From Candidatus Woesearchaeota archaeon (GTDB lineage: Archaea; Nanobdellota; Nanobdellia; Woesearchaeales; CALCXY01): a stretch of DNA of 60,707 nucleotides. The stretch is from positions 1 through 60,707 of the forward strand of contig CALCXY010000006.1 of NCBI GenBank assembly GCA_937906345.1, read 5' to 3'. The translations under genes were made by a program, and so were the position numbers. Below are positions 21,362-30,257 of the stretch, one piece after another; position 1 is the first letter of the stretch, and each line of letters starts with the position of its first letter. The notes under the pieces were generated by a model. It saw nothing but the letters and a program-made list of their open reading frames with translations, had not been told where the DNA came from and did not search any database.

Positions 21362-21609
21362 TGTTTAAAGTTGAATATTCAAAACAAGCAGTTAGGTTCC
21401 TAAGAAGATCTGGAGCAACTCATAGGATATTACCTAAAATCGAAAAATTAAGAGAAGAGCCTGTTGTGCATGATTCAAAATATATAAAAGGCTTTAAAGA
21501 AAAACTGTTTAGGATTCGTATTGGAGATTTCAGAGTTCTTTATGAAGTAGACTATGGCAGTAAAATAATAGGTATTGTGAAAATAGAAAAAAGAAGTAGA
21601 GTTTATTAA
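21358..21609 (+). CDS. relE: RelE/ParE-family toxin
   Basis: The pattern ...KQAVRFL......I..KI..L.E.P........KLFRIRIGDFRVLYEVD...I.IV.I..RS.VY is typical of RelE. Confidence 0.75.
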   Translation: MMFKVEYSKQAVRFLRRSGATHRILPKIEKLREEPVVHDSKYIKGFKEKLFRIRIGDFRVLYEVDYGSKIIGIVKIEKRSRVY

Positions 21610-21669
21610 CCTATGCAAAGTCAATTCAAGTGGGAAATTTTGTTATGAGTTTTCAGCATTAAAAACCGA

Positions 21670-22920
21670 TTAACTCAATTCTCTAATCTCAGCAGCTTTT
21701 TTGTGTGCATCTAAACCTTCTACTTCTGCAAGTGTTGAAGATACTTTAATCAAATTCTTTACAGCTTTTTTATTTTTTTTATTTATTTTTTGGAAAGTAA
21801 CTATCTTAACAAAATCTAAAGGTGATAACGATCCAGTATACTTAGATGCGTAGTTTGTTGGCAAAATGTGGTTTGTTCCTGAACAATAATCTCCAAAAAC
21901 CTCTGCAGAATCATCTCCTATGAACAAAGATCCATAATTCTTTAGTTTAGGGATGATTTTATTTGGGTTTTTAATCATAAGCTCTAAGTGTTCAGGTGCT
22001 ATTTTGTTGGATAAGGAAATAGTTTCATCTATTGATTTTACAATGATAATACTGCCTTTTTTTAGGGATTGCTTTGCTACTTCTTTAGTTGATAAGCATT
22101 GCAATTGTTTTTTTAGTTGAGTGTTAATTTGTGTTCCTAATAATTTAGAACAAGTTAACACATTCACTATAGCATCTGGATCGTGTTCTGCTTGTGCTAA
22201 AAGATCTGCTGCTATATATTCTGGATTTGCAGAATCATCTGCTATAATAAGAAGCTCACTAGGCCCTGCTATGAAATCTATTCCTACAATGCCAAAGATT
22301 TCTTTTTTTGCAGCAGCAACAAATTTATTTCCAGGGCCAACAATTTTATCAACTTTAGGGATTGTTTCAGTTCCAAAGGCTAATGAAGCTATTGCTTGTG
22401 CACCTCCAACATTAAATATTTGATTTGCTCCTGATAAATCAGCAGCAACAATTGTAACAGGAGCTATTTTTGGTGAACATACTACGATGTTTTTTACTCC
22501 TGCTACTTTTGCAGGAATAATTGACATTAAAGCAGATGAAGGTAATGGATATCTTCCTCCAGGAACATAACATCCTAGATTTTCAATAGGAATTATTTTT
22601 TGACCTAGTGTAATTCCTTTATTTTTTAATTCAAATTCTTTTGTGTTTGCTAATTGTTTTTTAGCGAAAAATGTAATGTTTTTAGCTGCGATTTTTAAAG
22701 CTGCTATGGTTTTCTTATCTACTTGTTTGTATGCTTGTTTTATTTCCTGCTTTGAAATTTCTAAATTTTTTAAATTTAATTTATCAAATCTTTTAGTATA
22801 TTTTTTTACAGCACTATCTTTATTTTTTTGGACATCTTTTAAGATAGTTTTTACTATTGGAATATCTAAATTTGTAAATTCTGAAAAGGTATTGAATTGT
22901 GATGGTGTTATTATTTTCAT
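21670..22920 (-). CDS. hisD: histidinol dehydrogenase
   Basis: Full-length HisD pattern (GAQAIA.LA.GT, AGPSE, QAEHD, GDY..G.NH.LPT). The ATG at 22920 gives an ATGA overlap with the upstream gene; the track start is 22935. Confidence 0.95.
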   Translation of the reverse strand: MKIITPSQFNTFSEFTNLDIPIVKTILKDVQKNKDSAVKKYTKRFDKLNLKNLEISKQEIKQAYKQVDKKTIAALKIAAKNITFFAKKQLANTKEFELKNKGITLGQKIIPIENLGCYVPGGRYPLPSSALMSIIPAKVAGVKNIVVCSPKIAPVTIVAADLSGANQIFNVGGAQAIASLAFGTETIPKVDKIVGPGNKFVAAAKKEIFGIVGIDFIAGPSELLIIADDSANPEYIAADLLAQAEHDPDAIVNVLTCSKLLGTQINTQLKKQLQCLSTKEVAKQSLKKGSIIIVKSIDETISLSNKIAPEHLELMIKNPNKIIPKLKNYGSLFIGDDSAEVFGDYCSGTNHILPTNYASKYTGSLSPLDFVKIVTFQKINKKNKKAVKNLIKVSSTLAEVEGLDAHKKAAEIRELS

Positions 22921-24140
22921 TTTCTTCTTCTCCATAACTCATTTTTAATATCTTGAGGTGTTATTGATTTTTTTGCCATTAATACAAAGAGGAAATATTG
23001 TAAATCAGCTATTTCCCAGATTAAATTTTGTTTGTCTTTGTAGTTAATCACTTCATCACTTTCTTCCTTAATCTTTTTCATAATGTTTTTTTCATCTTCA
23101 GCTAATTTAGATGTAAAAGAATCAACTTTAGGTGAATCTACTCTAGATTTAATTACTTCAAATAAATCTTCAATATTAAATTCTTTTTCACCAAAGCAGG
23201 AATATTCTCCTTGGTGGCAAGCTATATTTTTTTGTTTAACAGTAAAGATAAGGGTATCTTTGTCACAATCATACCTTACTTTAAGAATTTCTTGAGTATT
23301 ATTTGAGGTTTCACCTTTCATCCAAAGCCTTTTCTTTGTTCTGCTATAGTAAGTTGCATTATTTGTTTTGAATGTTTCTTTCAAAGATTCTTTATTTGAA
23401 AAAGCTAACATTAAAATTTGATTTTGTTCATCTTGCACAATTGTTGGAATTAAACTATTTGTTTTTATAAAATCTAATTGATTGATGAATGTTTCATCTA
23501 ATTTAATTTTTCCAGTATACAAGGCCATTCCTATTTGAGAATCAATTCCTAAGGATTCTAAAGCTTTTATTTCATCACTAGATGAAATAGATCCAGCAAC
23601 AGTTATTTTTTTATTAGTTGATTTTATTATTTCTTTGATAGTGTTTATATTAAAACCTTGCATAAGGCCTTCATTATCTACATCCGTAAATAAATATCCA
23701 CTACAAAACTTTTCTGTATTTTGGATTACATCAATAGGATTATTTTCTGTTTTATTTTTCCAGCCTTGTGTAACTACTTTTCCTTTTTTTGAATCTAAAG
23801 CAACTAAGAGTCTTTCTTTTGGTAGTTGGGATAGGAATTTTGTATTTGCTTTTGTTCCAATAATGATTTTTTTAGCTCCAGCTTGGAGATATTCATTTGC
23901 AATCTCTTGAGTTCTGATTCCTCCTCCAACTCTACAATCTGCTATTTTGCAAATCTTTTTGATAAGCTCTTTATTGTTTCCTTTACCAAGAGCTGCGTCT
24001 AAGTCAATAACAGCTATATCTCCATATTTTCTAAATTCTTTGGCAAGTGTTAGGGGATTTTCTCTTTCAAGGACTTTTTTCTGGCCTTGAATTAATTGAA
24101 CAGATTTACCATTCATAATGTCAATGCTTGGAATTATCAT
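22917..24140 (-). CDS. hisA-hisIE: fused HisA / HisI / HisE (ProFAR isomerase, PR-AMP cyclohydrolase, PR-ATP pyrophosphatase)
   Basis: N-terminal [15 protein letters not shown]...GGGIR (HisA), middle IPTIVQD......LMLAF.N.ESL......YYSR...LW.KGE.S...Q......DCD.D......CH (HisI), and C-terminal KK..EE..E......EIADL.Y...VL (HisE). Confidence 0.85.
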   Translation of the reverse strand: MIIPSIDIMNGKSVQLIQGQKKVLERENPLTLAKEFRKYGDIAVIDLDAALGKGNNKELIKKICKIADCRVGGGIRTQEIANEYLQAGAKKIIIGTKANTKFLSQLPKERLLVALDSKKGKVVTQGWKNKTENNPIDVIQNTEKFCSGYLFTDVDNEGLMQGFNINTIKEIIKSTNKKITVAGSISSSDEIKALESLGIDSQIGMALYTGKIKLDETFINQLDFIKTNSLIPTIVQDEQNQILMLAFSNKESLKETFKTNNATYYSRTKKRLWMKGETSNNTQEILKVRYDCDKDTLIFTVKQKNIACHQGEYSCFGEKEFNIEDLFEVIKSRVDSPKVDSFTSKLAEDEKNIMKKIKEESDEVINYKDKQNLIWEIADLQYFLFVLMAKKSITPQDIKNELWRRRK

Positions 24141-24916
24141 TCTCGCACCTCTACTTGTTTATTTTTTAGATATGTTTTAACTTGTTTTACAGTGTATGTA
24201 TCATAGTGGAAAATAGAAGCAGCTAGCGCTGCATCTGCTTTACCATTTTTGAAAGTCTCTTCAATAGATTTTAGTGTTCCTGCGCCTCCAGATGCAATAA
24301 CAGGAATGTTTACTGCTTTGGAGATAATGTTAGTGAGATCATTATCATATCCTGATTTTGTTCCATCTTTGTTCATGGATGTGAGTAGGATTTCTCCAGC
24401 TCCTAGAGATTCAACTTTTTTAGCCCATTCTAAAGCATCAATTCCAGTTGGGATTTTTCCAGAGTTTACATATACTTCCCAAGATTCTTTTTCTTTGGGG
24501 CCTATTTTCTTTTTTGCATCTATAGCTATTACAATACATTGGCTTCCAAACGTGTTAGCAGCTTCCTCTATGAGTTTAATGTTTTTTACAGCTGCAGAGT
24601 TGATAGAAACTTTATCTGCTCCTGCTGATAAAAGGTTTCTAATATCTTCAATAGTTGATATGCCTCCTCCAACAGTAAATGGAATAAAAATTTGCTTTGC
24701 AACTAGTTTTACCATTTCAATTATGGTTTTTCTATTTTCTATTGAGGCAGTTATATCTAGAAAAATTAATTCATCTGCTCCTTGTTTGTTGTATTTTTTT
24801 GCTAATTCAACAGGGTTTCCTGCATCTACAAGATTTTCAAAGTTTTTACCTTTAACAACCCGATTATTTTTTACATCTAAACAAGGGATAATTCGTTTAG
24901 CTAGCATTTTAACCAA
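24137..24916 (-). CDS. hisF: imidazole glycerol phosphate synthase, cyclase subunit
   Basis: RIIPCLDV...[22 protein letters not shown] and SGGAG motifs. Confidence 0.95.
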   Translation of the reverse strand: MVKMLAKRIIPCLDVKNNRVVKGKNFENLVDAGNPVELAKKYNKQGADELIFLDITASIENRKTIIEMVKLVAKQIFIPFTVGGGISTIEDIRNLLSAGADKVSINSAAVKNIKLIEEAANTFGSQCIVIAIDAKKKIGPKEKESWEVYVNSGKIPTGIDALEWAKKVESLGAGEILLTSMNKDGTKSGYDNDLTNIISKAVNIPVIASGGAGTLKSIEETFKNGKADAALAASIFHYDTYTVKQVKTYLKNKQVEVRE

Positions 24917-25497
24917 CTCCTTAACAATTTTAATCCAAACTCTCCTGATTTTTCAGGGTGAAATTGAGTTGCTGTTATGTTTTTATACTGGATAGCAGAT
25001 GTGAAGTTTCCAAAATAATTTGTTTTTGTAGCTATGATAGATTTATCTTCAGGAATTACATAATAGGAATTTACAAAGTAGGTATAACCTTTTGAAAAAA
25101 TATTATTGTTATTATTATTTGTATTTTGAGGAGTAATTGTGTTCCAACCTATTTGAGGAATTTTTCCTTTAGTGAATTTTTTTACTTTACCTTTGAATAT
25201 AGCAAGGCCTTTTACATTTGTAGATTCTTCGCTCTCTTCAAAAAGAGCTTGGAGTCCTAAACAAATTCCTAAAAAAGGTTTTTGAGCTGCAATGGACTGC
25301 TTTATAGGTTTAATGAGCTGCTTTTTGTTGAGTTGATCCATCATATAACCAAAGGAACCAACACCTGGAAAAATTATTTTATCAGCAGATTCAATTATTT
25401 TAGGATCACTTGTTATAGTGGACTCTACTTTAAGGTAATCTAAAGCATTTTTAATGCTTTGAATGTTTCCAGATCCATAATCAATTATTGCTATCAT
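24901..25497 (-). CDS. hisH: imidazole glycerol phosphate synthase, glutaminase subunit
   Basis: [23 protein letters not shown] and FHPEKS motifs. Contains a poly-Asn insertion. Confidence 0.95.
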   Translation of the reverse strand: MIAIIDYGSGNIQSIKNALDYLKVESTITSDPKIIESADKIIFPGVGSFGYMMDQLNKKQLIKPIKQSIAAQKPFLGICLGLQALFEESEESTNVKGLAIFKGKVKKFTKGKIPQIGWNTITPQNTNNNNNNIFSKGYTYFVNSYYVIPEDKSIIATKTNYFGNFTSAIQYKNITATQFHPEKSGEFGLKLLRSWLKC

Positions 25498-25508
25498 TTT
25501 GATGTTTA

Positions 25509-26099
25509 TTACAATACTCCTTTTGTTGATGGAATTTTGTTGGTATTACGTGCATCTATACTTGCAGCTAGTCTTATTGCTCTTCCAAATGCTTTGAAAA
25601 TTGCTTCAATTTTGTGGTGATCATTTCTTCCATTATTCAATAGTTTAATGTGCAGGTTTAGCTTTGCATTTTGAGCTATAGCGTCAAAAAAATCATAAAC
25701 TAATTCTGTTGATACATCTCCTACTTTTTCTCTAGTGAATTCTGCTGTTTGGGAGAAGCTATACCTTCCTGCAAAATCTAAGCTTACAAGTGCTAATACT
25801 TCATCCATAGGCAAAATACTAGTGCCATATCTGTTAATTCCTTTTTTATCTCCTATAGCTTGCTGTAAGGCTTGTCCTAGCACTATTCCAATATCTTCTA
25901 CTGTGTGGTGTTCATCAATTTGAATATCTCCATTAGCTTTGATATCTAGATCTATTAAGCTGTGTTTTGAAAATAATTCTAACATATGATTTAGGAATTG
26001 GATTGGTGTAGTAATGCTGTTTTTACCAGTTCCATCTATGTTGAGTTGAATTTCAATATCTGTTTCATTTGTTTTTCTTTTAACATTTGCTTTTCTCAT
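25509..26099 (-). CDS. hisB: imidazoleglycerol-phosphate dehydratase (monofunctional)
   Basis: RKTNETDI, DEHHTVEDIGI and GRNDHHKIEAIFKAFG motifs. No HAD domain at the N-terminus. Confidence 0.95.
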   Translation of the reverse strand: MRKANVKRKTNETDIEIQLNIDGTGKNSITTPIQFLNHMLELFSKHSLIDLDIKANGDIQIDEHHTVEDIGIVLGQALQQAIGDKKGINRYGTSILPMDEVLALVSLDFAGRYSFSQTAEFTREKVGDVSTELVYDFFDAIAQNAKLNLHIKLLNNGRNDHHKIEAIFKAFGRAIRLAASIDARNTNKIPSTKGVL

Positions 26100-27826
26100 T
26101 TTAATACCTCCATAAGTTCATTAATTGTATTTACAACAATTTTAGCACCATTTTTTTTAAGTAATGATTTTAATGATGTAGAAGGGTTATTAGGTGGAAT
26201 AATTCCTAAAGGAGTGATACGTGCGTTTTTTGCAGCAGCCATATCATCTACACTATCTCCAATATAAACTGTGTTTGCTATTATTGATTTTGGAGTGTTT
26301 AAATCTTTTAACGCAGTATTTATAGAGTAGGGATTTGGTTTTGCTTTATTTTTAGGGTAATTTTCCATTGCAATAAGTGTTTCAAAATACTTCATTACTT
26401 TGAATTTTTTTAAGACGTAAAGTGCTTCTATTTTAGGTCTTCCAGTTACAATTCCTAACCTATATTGCTTATTTAGTTTTTCAAGATTTTTTTGAGAAAT
26501 AAGAAATGGTTCATTATTGATAAATCCATTTTTACCCCAATACAATGATTGAAATTTGTTGATGATTTTTGTTTTTGGAATATTTATTTTTTTGTCTTGA
26601 ATAATTTTTTCAGTAAGATCCCAATCATTATTGTAACTTCCTTTTTCTTTAAGTGCTTGAATATCTTGGTTTGTTATTTTTTGGTTTGTAAAAAATTCAG
26701 CTGTTTTTTTAATAGCGAGTCTATATGAATTAGAAACATCTACTAACACTCCGTCCATGTCAAATAATAAAACTGGTTTTGAGATGAGTGGTTTAATTTG
26801 TGTGATTAGTCTTTTACATTGGTCTAAAGTGCCTATTCCTAATCTTAAACAGTTTTTTAATAAAGGATAATTTGATCTATTTCTTACTAAGATATTATTT
26901 TCTTTAAGTTGGTTGTAAATAAAGATGCAGCTTTTTCCAAAATTAGCTATTACAAAGTTTGCTTTTGCAGGATAGGTTTTAATATTAAGTTTTTTTAATT
27001 CTGATAAAAGGTATTTTTTTCCTGCATTAACTTGTTTTACATACTTATTTACAAATTTTTGGTCTTTAATTGCAGCTTTTAGTGCTATTAACGCTAAAGC
27101 GTTTACACTGTAAGGAGATCTTACTTTTTGGAGAGTTGAGATAATTTCTTTATTAGATAAGATAGAACCTATTCTTAATCCTGCTAAGCCCCAAGCTTTT
27201 GAGAATGTTCTTGCTACAATAAGATTCTTGTATTTATTTATTAGATTTTTTGATGTTTTACCATAAAACTCATAATATGCTTCATCGATTAATACTATTG
27301 CGTTTTTTGCTTTTTTTAGAATCTTGATTATATCTTTTTGTTTAATATCACTAGAGGTAGGATTGTTTGGATTAACTAAAACAATTAATTTTGTTTTTTT
27401 GTTAATTGCTGAAAGGACTTTTTCAATTGGAAAGCTTAGATCTTGGTTGTAAAGTATATTGATATTTTTTGCACCAATCATTGACGCAGTAAGCTGGAAC
27501 ATTGCAAAAGTAGGACTTGGAATAATAACCTCATCATTTTCTTTGAGGAATGAGTTCATAACAACTTGTATTGCTTCATCAACTCCATTTGTTAGTAAAA
27601 TCTCTGATTTTTTAACTTTAAAGAAGTTTGAGATTATTTTATTTGATTCGTTGTATTCTGGGTAAGCTGCTATCTCCTCACTTTTAATATTTTTTAGTGC
27701 AGATAAAACTTTAGGAGAACATCCTATTGAATTTTCATTAAAATCTAAGCGAAGCTTGTTTTTTCTATTTTCTAAAGGAGGATCATACTTTTTCATTTTT
27801 TGAACGGTTATTATTGGTTTAATCAT
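26096..27826 (-). CDS. hisC: histidinol-phosphate aminotransferase fused to a C-terminal HAD-superfamily phosphatase domain
   Basis: N-terminal roughly 350 aa class-II aminotransferase (NPNNPT, RTFSKAWGLAGLRIG). C-terminal roughly 220 aa with HAD motifs LLFDMDGVLVD, VTGRP and GDSVDD. Confidence 0.85.
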   Translation of the reverse strand: MIKPIITVQKMKKYDPPLENRKNKLRLDFNENSIGCSPKVLSALKNIKSEEIAAYPEYNESNKIISNFFKVKKSEILLTNGVDEAIQVVMNSFLKENDEVIIPSPTFAMFQLTASMIGAKNINILYNQDLSFPIEKVLSAINKKTKLIVLVNPNNPTSSDIKQKDIIKILKKAKNAIVLIDEAYYEFYGKTSKNLINKYKNLIVARTFSKAWGLAGLRIGSILSNKEIISTLQKVRSPYSVNALALIALKAAIKDQKFVNKYVKQVNAGKKYLLSELKKLNIKTYPAKANFVIANFGKSCIFIYNQLKENNILVRNRSNYPLLKNCLRLGIGTLDQCKRLITQIKPLISKPVLLFDMDGVLVDVSNSYRLAIKKTAEFFTNQKITNQDIQALKEKGSYNNDWDLTEKIIQDKKINIPKTKIINKFQSLYWGKNGFINNEPFLISQKNLEKLNKQYRLGIVTGRPKIEALYVLKKFKVMKYFETLIAMENYPKNKAKPNPYSINTALKDLNTPKSIIANTVYIGDSVDDMAAAKNARITPLGIIPPNNPSTSLKSLLKKNGAKIVVNTINELMEVLK

Positions 27827-28404
27827 TTTTCACCTATAATTAGAAAATCACTTTCAAGAATTTTGTCATACACTTTTAATCCATTTTTTGTCATTGTAGA
27901 ACCAGTATACACAATATCAATAACCAAATCAGATAATCCTTGTTCATAGGTTGCTTCTATTGAACCATTAGCATACATTTTTTTAAAAGAAAATCCTTGT
28001 CGTTCTAAGAAGTTAAGATATTTTTTTGCTATTTTTTGATATTTTGAAGCGATGCAAACAGTAAGCGTTTTATTTATGGTTTTGATATCTTTGTTAATTG
28101 GGCCTAGTAAACATAAAGTGGGTTTGTTAAACATAGCGCTTGAATCTTTCCAAGGAATGGTTTTTAAGACTTTAAGAGATGTTTCCCTGTTTTCAAGGCA
28201 GTATTCTTTGTAAAGATCCCTTCCTGTTAATCCAATTGCTTTTTTTCCTTTTTCTTTTAATTGTTTTACCCAAAAAGGAACATCTTCTCCTCTTACTTCT
28301 AATAGATTAGAGGTATCACTTATGAAGGAAAGTCCTATTTCTCGATATTTCTTAAGCCCTGTGTTCTTTGGAACGACAATGATATAATCTTGAGTGTTTA
28401 TCAT
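27823..28404 (-). CDS. hisG: ATP phosphoribosyltransferase, short form
   Basis: GLTGRDL and DIVYTGSTMTKNGL motifs. At 193 aa it lacks the C-terminal regulatory domain. Confidence 0.9.
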   Translation of the reverse strand: MINTQDYIIVVPKNTGLKKYREIGLSFISDTSNLLEVRGEDVPFWVKQLKEKGKKAIGLTGRDLYKEYCLENRETSLKVLKTIPWKDSSAMFNKPTLCLLGPINKDIKTINKTLTVCIASKYQKIAKKYLNFLERQGFSFKKMYANGSIEATYEQGLSDLVIDIVYTGSTMTKNGLKVYDKILESDFLIIGEK

Positions 28405-28505
28405 TGTAGAAAGACCTCTGGATTGTTTAAGAAAAAATCATAAAAAACAAAATAAAGGAATAAAAGGGCGTTAGAGGAGAAGCAGAACCAAATAGGAAAA
28501 GGAAG

Positions 28506-28577
28506 GGCGGTAGAGGAGAATCGATCTCCTGCCATAGGATCCACAACCCTATATTCTGCCATTAAACTACTACCGCC
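28506..28577 (-). tRNA. tRNA-His (anticodon GUG) with encoded G-1
   Basis: Manual fold of the minus strand GGCGGTAGTAGTTTAATGGCAGAATATAGGGTTGTGGATCCTATGGCAGGAGATCGATTCTCCTCTACCGCC. The 7-bp acceptor GCGGTAG/CTACCGC plus G-1:C73, the anticodon stem TAGGG/TCCTA with loop TTGTGGA, and the T stem AGGAG/CTCCT all fit. Confidence 0.85.
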
Positions 28578-28801
28578 ATAAAGAAATCTGAATATATTAA
28601 GAATCGAGTTTACACAAGAAATAATTTTTGATTTATAATTGTTAAAAAGAATCGCCGAGCTATTTAGGATGAATACAACCAGCACTCACTTGTGCATTAA
28701 CCTCAATAGTTGTGTGTTTCATAGTATACTAGAAACTATAGGTTATATTTAAAGATTTCTATTTATTGATTTTGAGGGTGATTTTAGGTAATATTGTTGT
28801 T

Positions 28802-28967
28802 TTTTGAGGAGGATGCAGCCGCCAGCAAACAATAAGCTTGACTTTTATGCCCCACCTCCAAATTGATTAAGCCCAAGTCTCATATGTGACCTATTCTACA
28901 AGGGCTTAATCAATTTCCACCCATTGAATAAAGGAGCCTTTTTGCTTATCTGAAAAGCTCCTTTTTT
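28802..28967 (+). ncRNA. copy B of the conserved GC-rich element, with a 57-nt hairpin insertion and a terminator-like hairpin, upstream of hisS
   Basis: Shares its sequence blocks with 5221-5324. A 15-bp perfect hairpin AAATTGATTAAGCCC/GGGCTTAATCAATTT lies at 28860-28916. AGGAGC/GCTCCT plus T6 lies at 28932-28967. The possible micro-ORF at 28813-28866 reads MQPPANNKLDFYAPPPN. Confidence 0.4.
28932..28967 (+). terminator. hairpin plus T-run
   Basis: The stem is AGGAGC(C)TTTT paired with AAAAGCTCCT, followed by TTTTTT. It lies 55 nt upstream of the hisS ATG. Confidence 0.35.
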
Positions 28968-28990
28968 CAATCTTCTTTTTAACTAGATAC

Positions 28991-28999
28991 TTTTAAATA
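28991..28999 (+). promoter_or_regulatory. TATA-like box for hisS
   Basis: TTTTAAATA centred about 27 nt upstream of the ATG at 29022 (leaderless geometry). Confidence 0.35.
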
Positions 29000-29021
29000 C
29001 AATTACATTTCTTATGTATTT

Positions 29022-30257
29022 ATGCTAAAGAAAGCTAAAGGAACACTAGATTATTACCCAGAGGATGTGGGAATAAGGAATTACTTGTTTAATGTATTTA
29101 GAATGATCTCTGGAAGTTTTGGGTATAGTGAGGTGGAATCACCTGCATTTGAAGATTTATCATTATTAACTAAAAAATCTGGTGATGAGATTAAAAAACA
29201 AATATTTACATTGGAAAAAAAGGGCGAGGAATCATTAGGATTAAGGTTTGATTTAACAGTTCCATTAGCAAGAATGTTCATAGAAAAGCAAAAATCACTG
29301 CAAAAACCTGTTAAGTGGTCTTATTTAACAAGAATGTGGCGTTATGAAAAACCTCAACAAGGAAGATTAAGAGAATTTTACCAAGTAGGAGTTGAATTGT
29401 ATGGTTCTAAAGAAGCTATGAGTGATAGTGAAGTTATTAATTTAATCATTGATTTTCTTTTAGCATTAGGATTAAAACAAAGTGATTTTGAAGTTAGAAT
29501 TAATAATAGAAAATTATTGGAAGGTTTACTCTTAGAGATAGTAGATCCTGATATTATTATGGATGTTGTTAGGATTATTGATAAAAGATCAAAAATAAGT
29601 GAAGAAGATTTTGCAAGCGAATTAAAAAAATTAGGAGTAAAGGATGTTAAATCAATATCAAAATTAATTAATATTAAATTTTTTGAGGATTTAGAAAAAT
29701 TAGATAAGAATGCTTTAGCAACAGAGGGATATAATGAATTAAAAGCAATTTATCCTTTATTACAAAAAAAATATGTAACTATGAGCTTATCAACTGCTCG
29801 TGGATTAGATTATTATTCAGGAACTGTGTTTGAGGTTTTTGATAAAAAAGGAAAATTTAGGAGTATTTGTGGTGGTGGAAGGTATGATGACATGTTATCT
29901 GATTTTGGTGGTCAAGACTTAGGAGTAACTGGGTTTTCCATTGGAACAAGCACATTAACATTATTATTGCAAGATCGAAAACTTTTACCAGATGTAACTG
30001 AAGGTGTAGACTATTATATTGCTACAATAAAGGGAAATGAAAAAACTGCGTTAACTATAGCTACCAAATTAAGAAAAAAATATTCAGTTGATATTGATTT
30101 ATCAGGAAGAAATTTAGGAAATCAGTTTAAGTATGCAAATGCTATAAATGCTAAGTATGCCATAGTGGTTGGTGCTGATGAGGTTAAGTCAGGAAAAGTT
30201 AAGGTAAAAGAATTAGCAACTGGAAAAGAAAAAACAGTTGACATTAGAAGATTATGA
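29022..30257 (+). CDS. hisS: histidyl-tRNA synthetase
   Basis: Class II motifs (RYEKPQ.GR.REF.Q.G.E..G, GGGRYD) and a C-terminal anticodon-binding domain. Confidence 0.95.
   Translation: MLKKAKGTLDYYPEDVGIRNYLFNVFRMISGSFGYSEVESPAFEDLSLLTKKSGDEIKKQIFTLEKKGEESLGLRFDLTVPLARMFIEKQKSLQKPVKWSYLTRMWRYEKPQQGRLREFYQVGVELYGSKEAMSDSEVINLIIDFLLALGLKQSDFEVRINNRKLLEGLLLEIVDPDIIMDVVRIIDKRSKISEEDFASELKKLGVKDVKSISKLINIKFFEDLEKLDKNALATEGYNELKAIYPLLQKKYVTMSLSTARGLDYYSGTVFEVFDKKGKFRSICGGGRYDDMLSDFGGQDLGVTGFSIGTSTLTLLLQDRKLLPDVTEGVDYYIATIKGNEKTALTIATKLRKKYSVDIDLSGRNLGNQFKYANAINAKYAIVVGADEVKSGKVKVKELATGKEKTVDIRRL

Noticed and set aside
24249-24995. 248-aa ORF on the plus strand
   Set aside because: It lies entirely antisense to hisF and hisH, which have unmistakable motifs. 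It is a low-complexity shadow ORF typical of AT-rich DNA.
25100-25140. AAT/AAC run (poly-Asn NNNNNN) in hisH
   Set aside because: It is a short in-frame low-complexity insertion of the kind common in AT-rich genomes. It is not a regulatory repeat.
28401-28685. 94-aa minus-strand ORF
   Set aside because: It reads straight through tRNA-His (28506-28577) and its duplicated 3' end. It has no start context or motif.
28660-28722. 20-aa minus-strand micro-ORF (MKHTTIEVNAQVSAGCIHPK) upstream of tRNA-His, considered as a his leader peptide
   Set aside because: It has only two scattered His codons, no His run and no obvious alternative hairpins. It cannot be told apart from a chance ORF.
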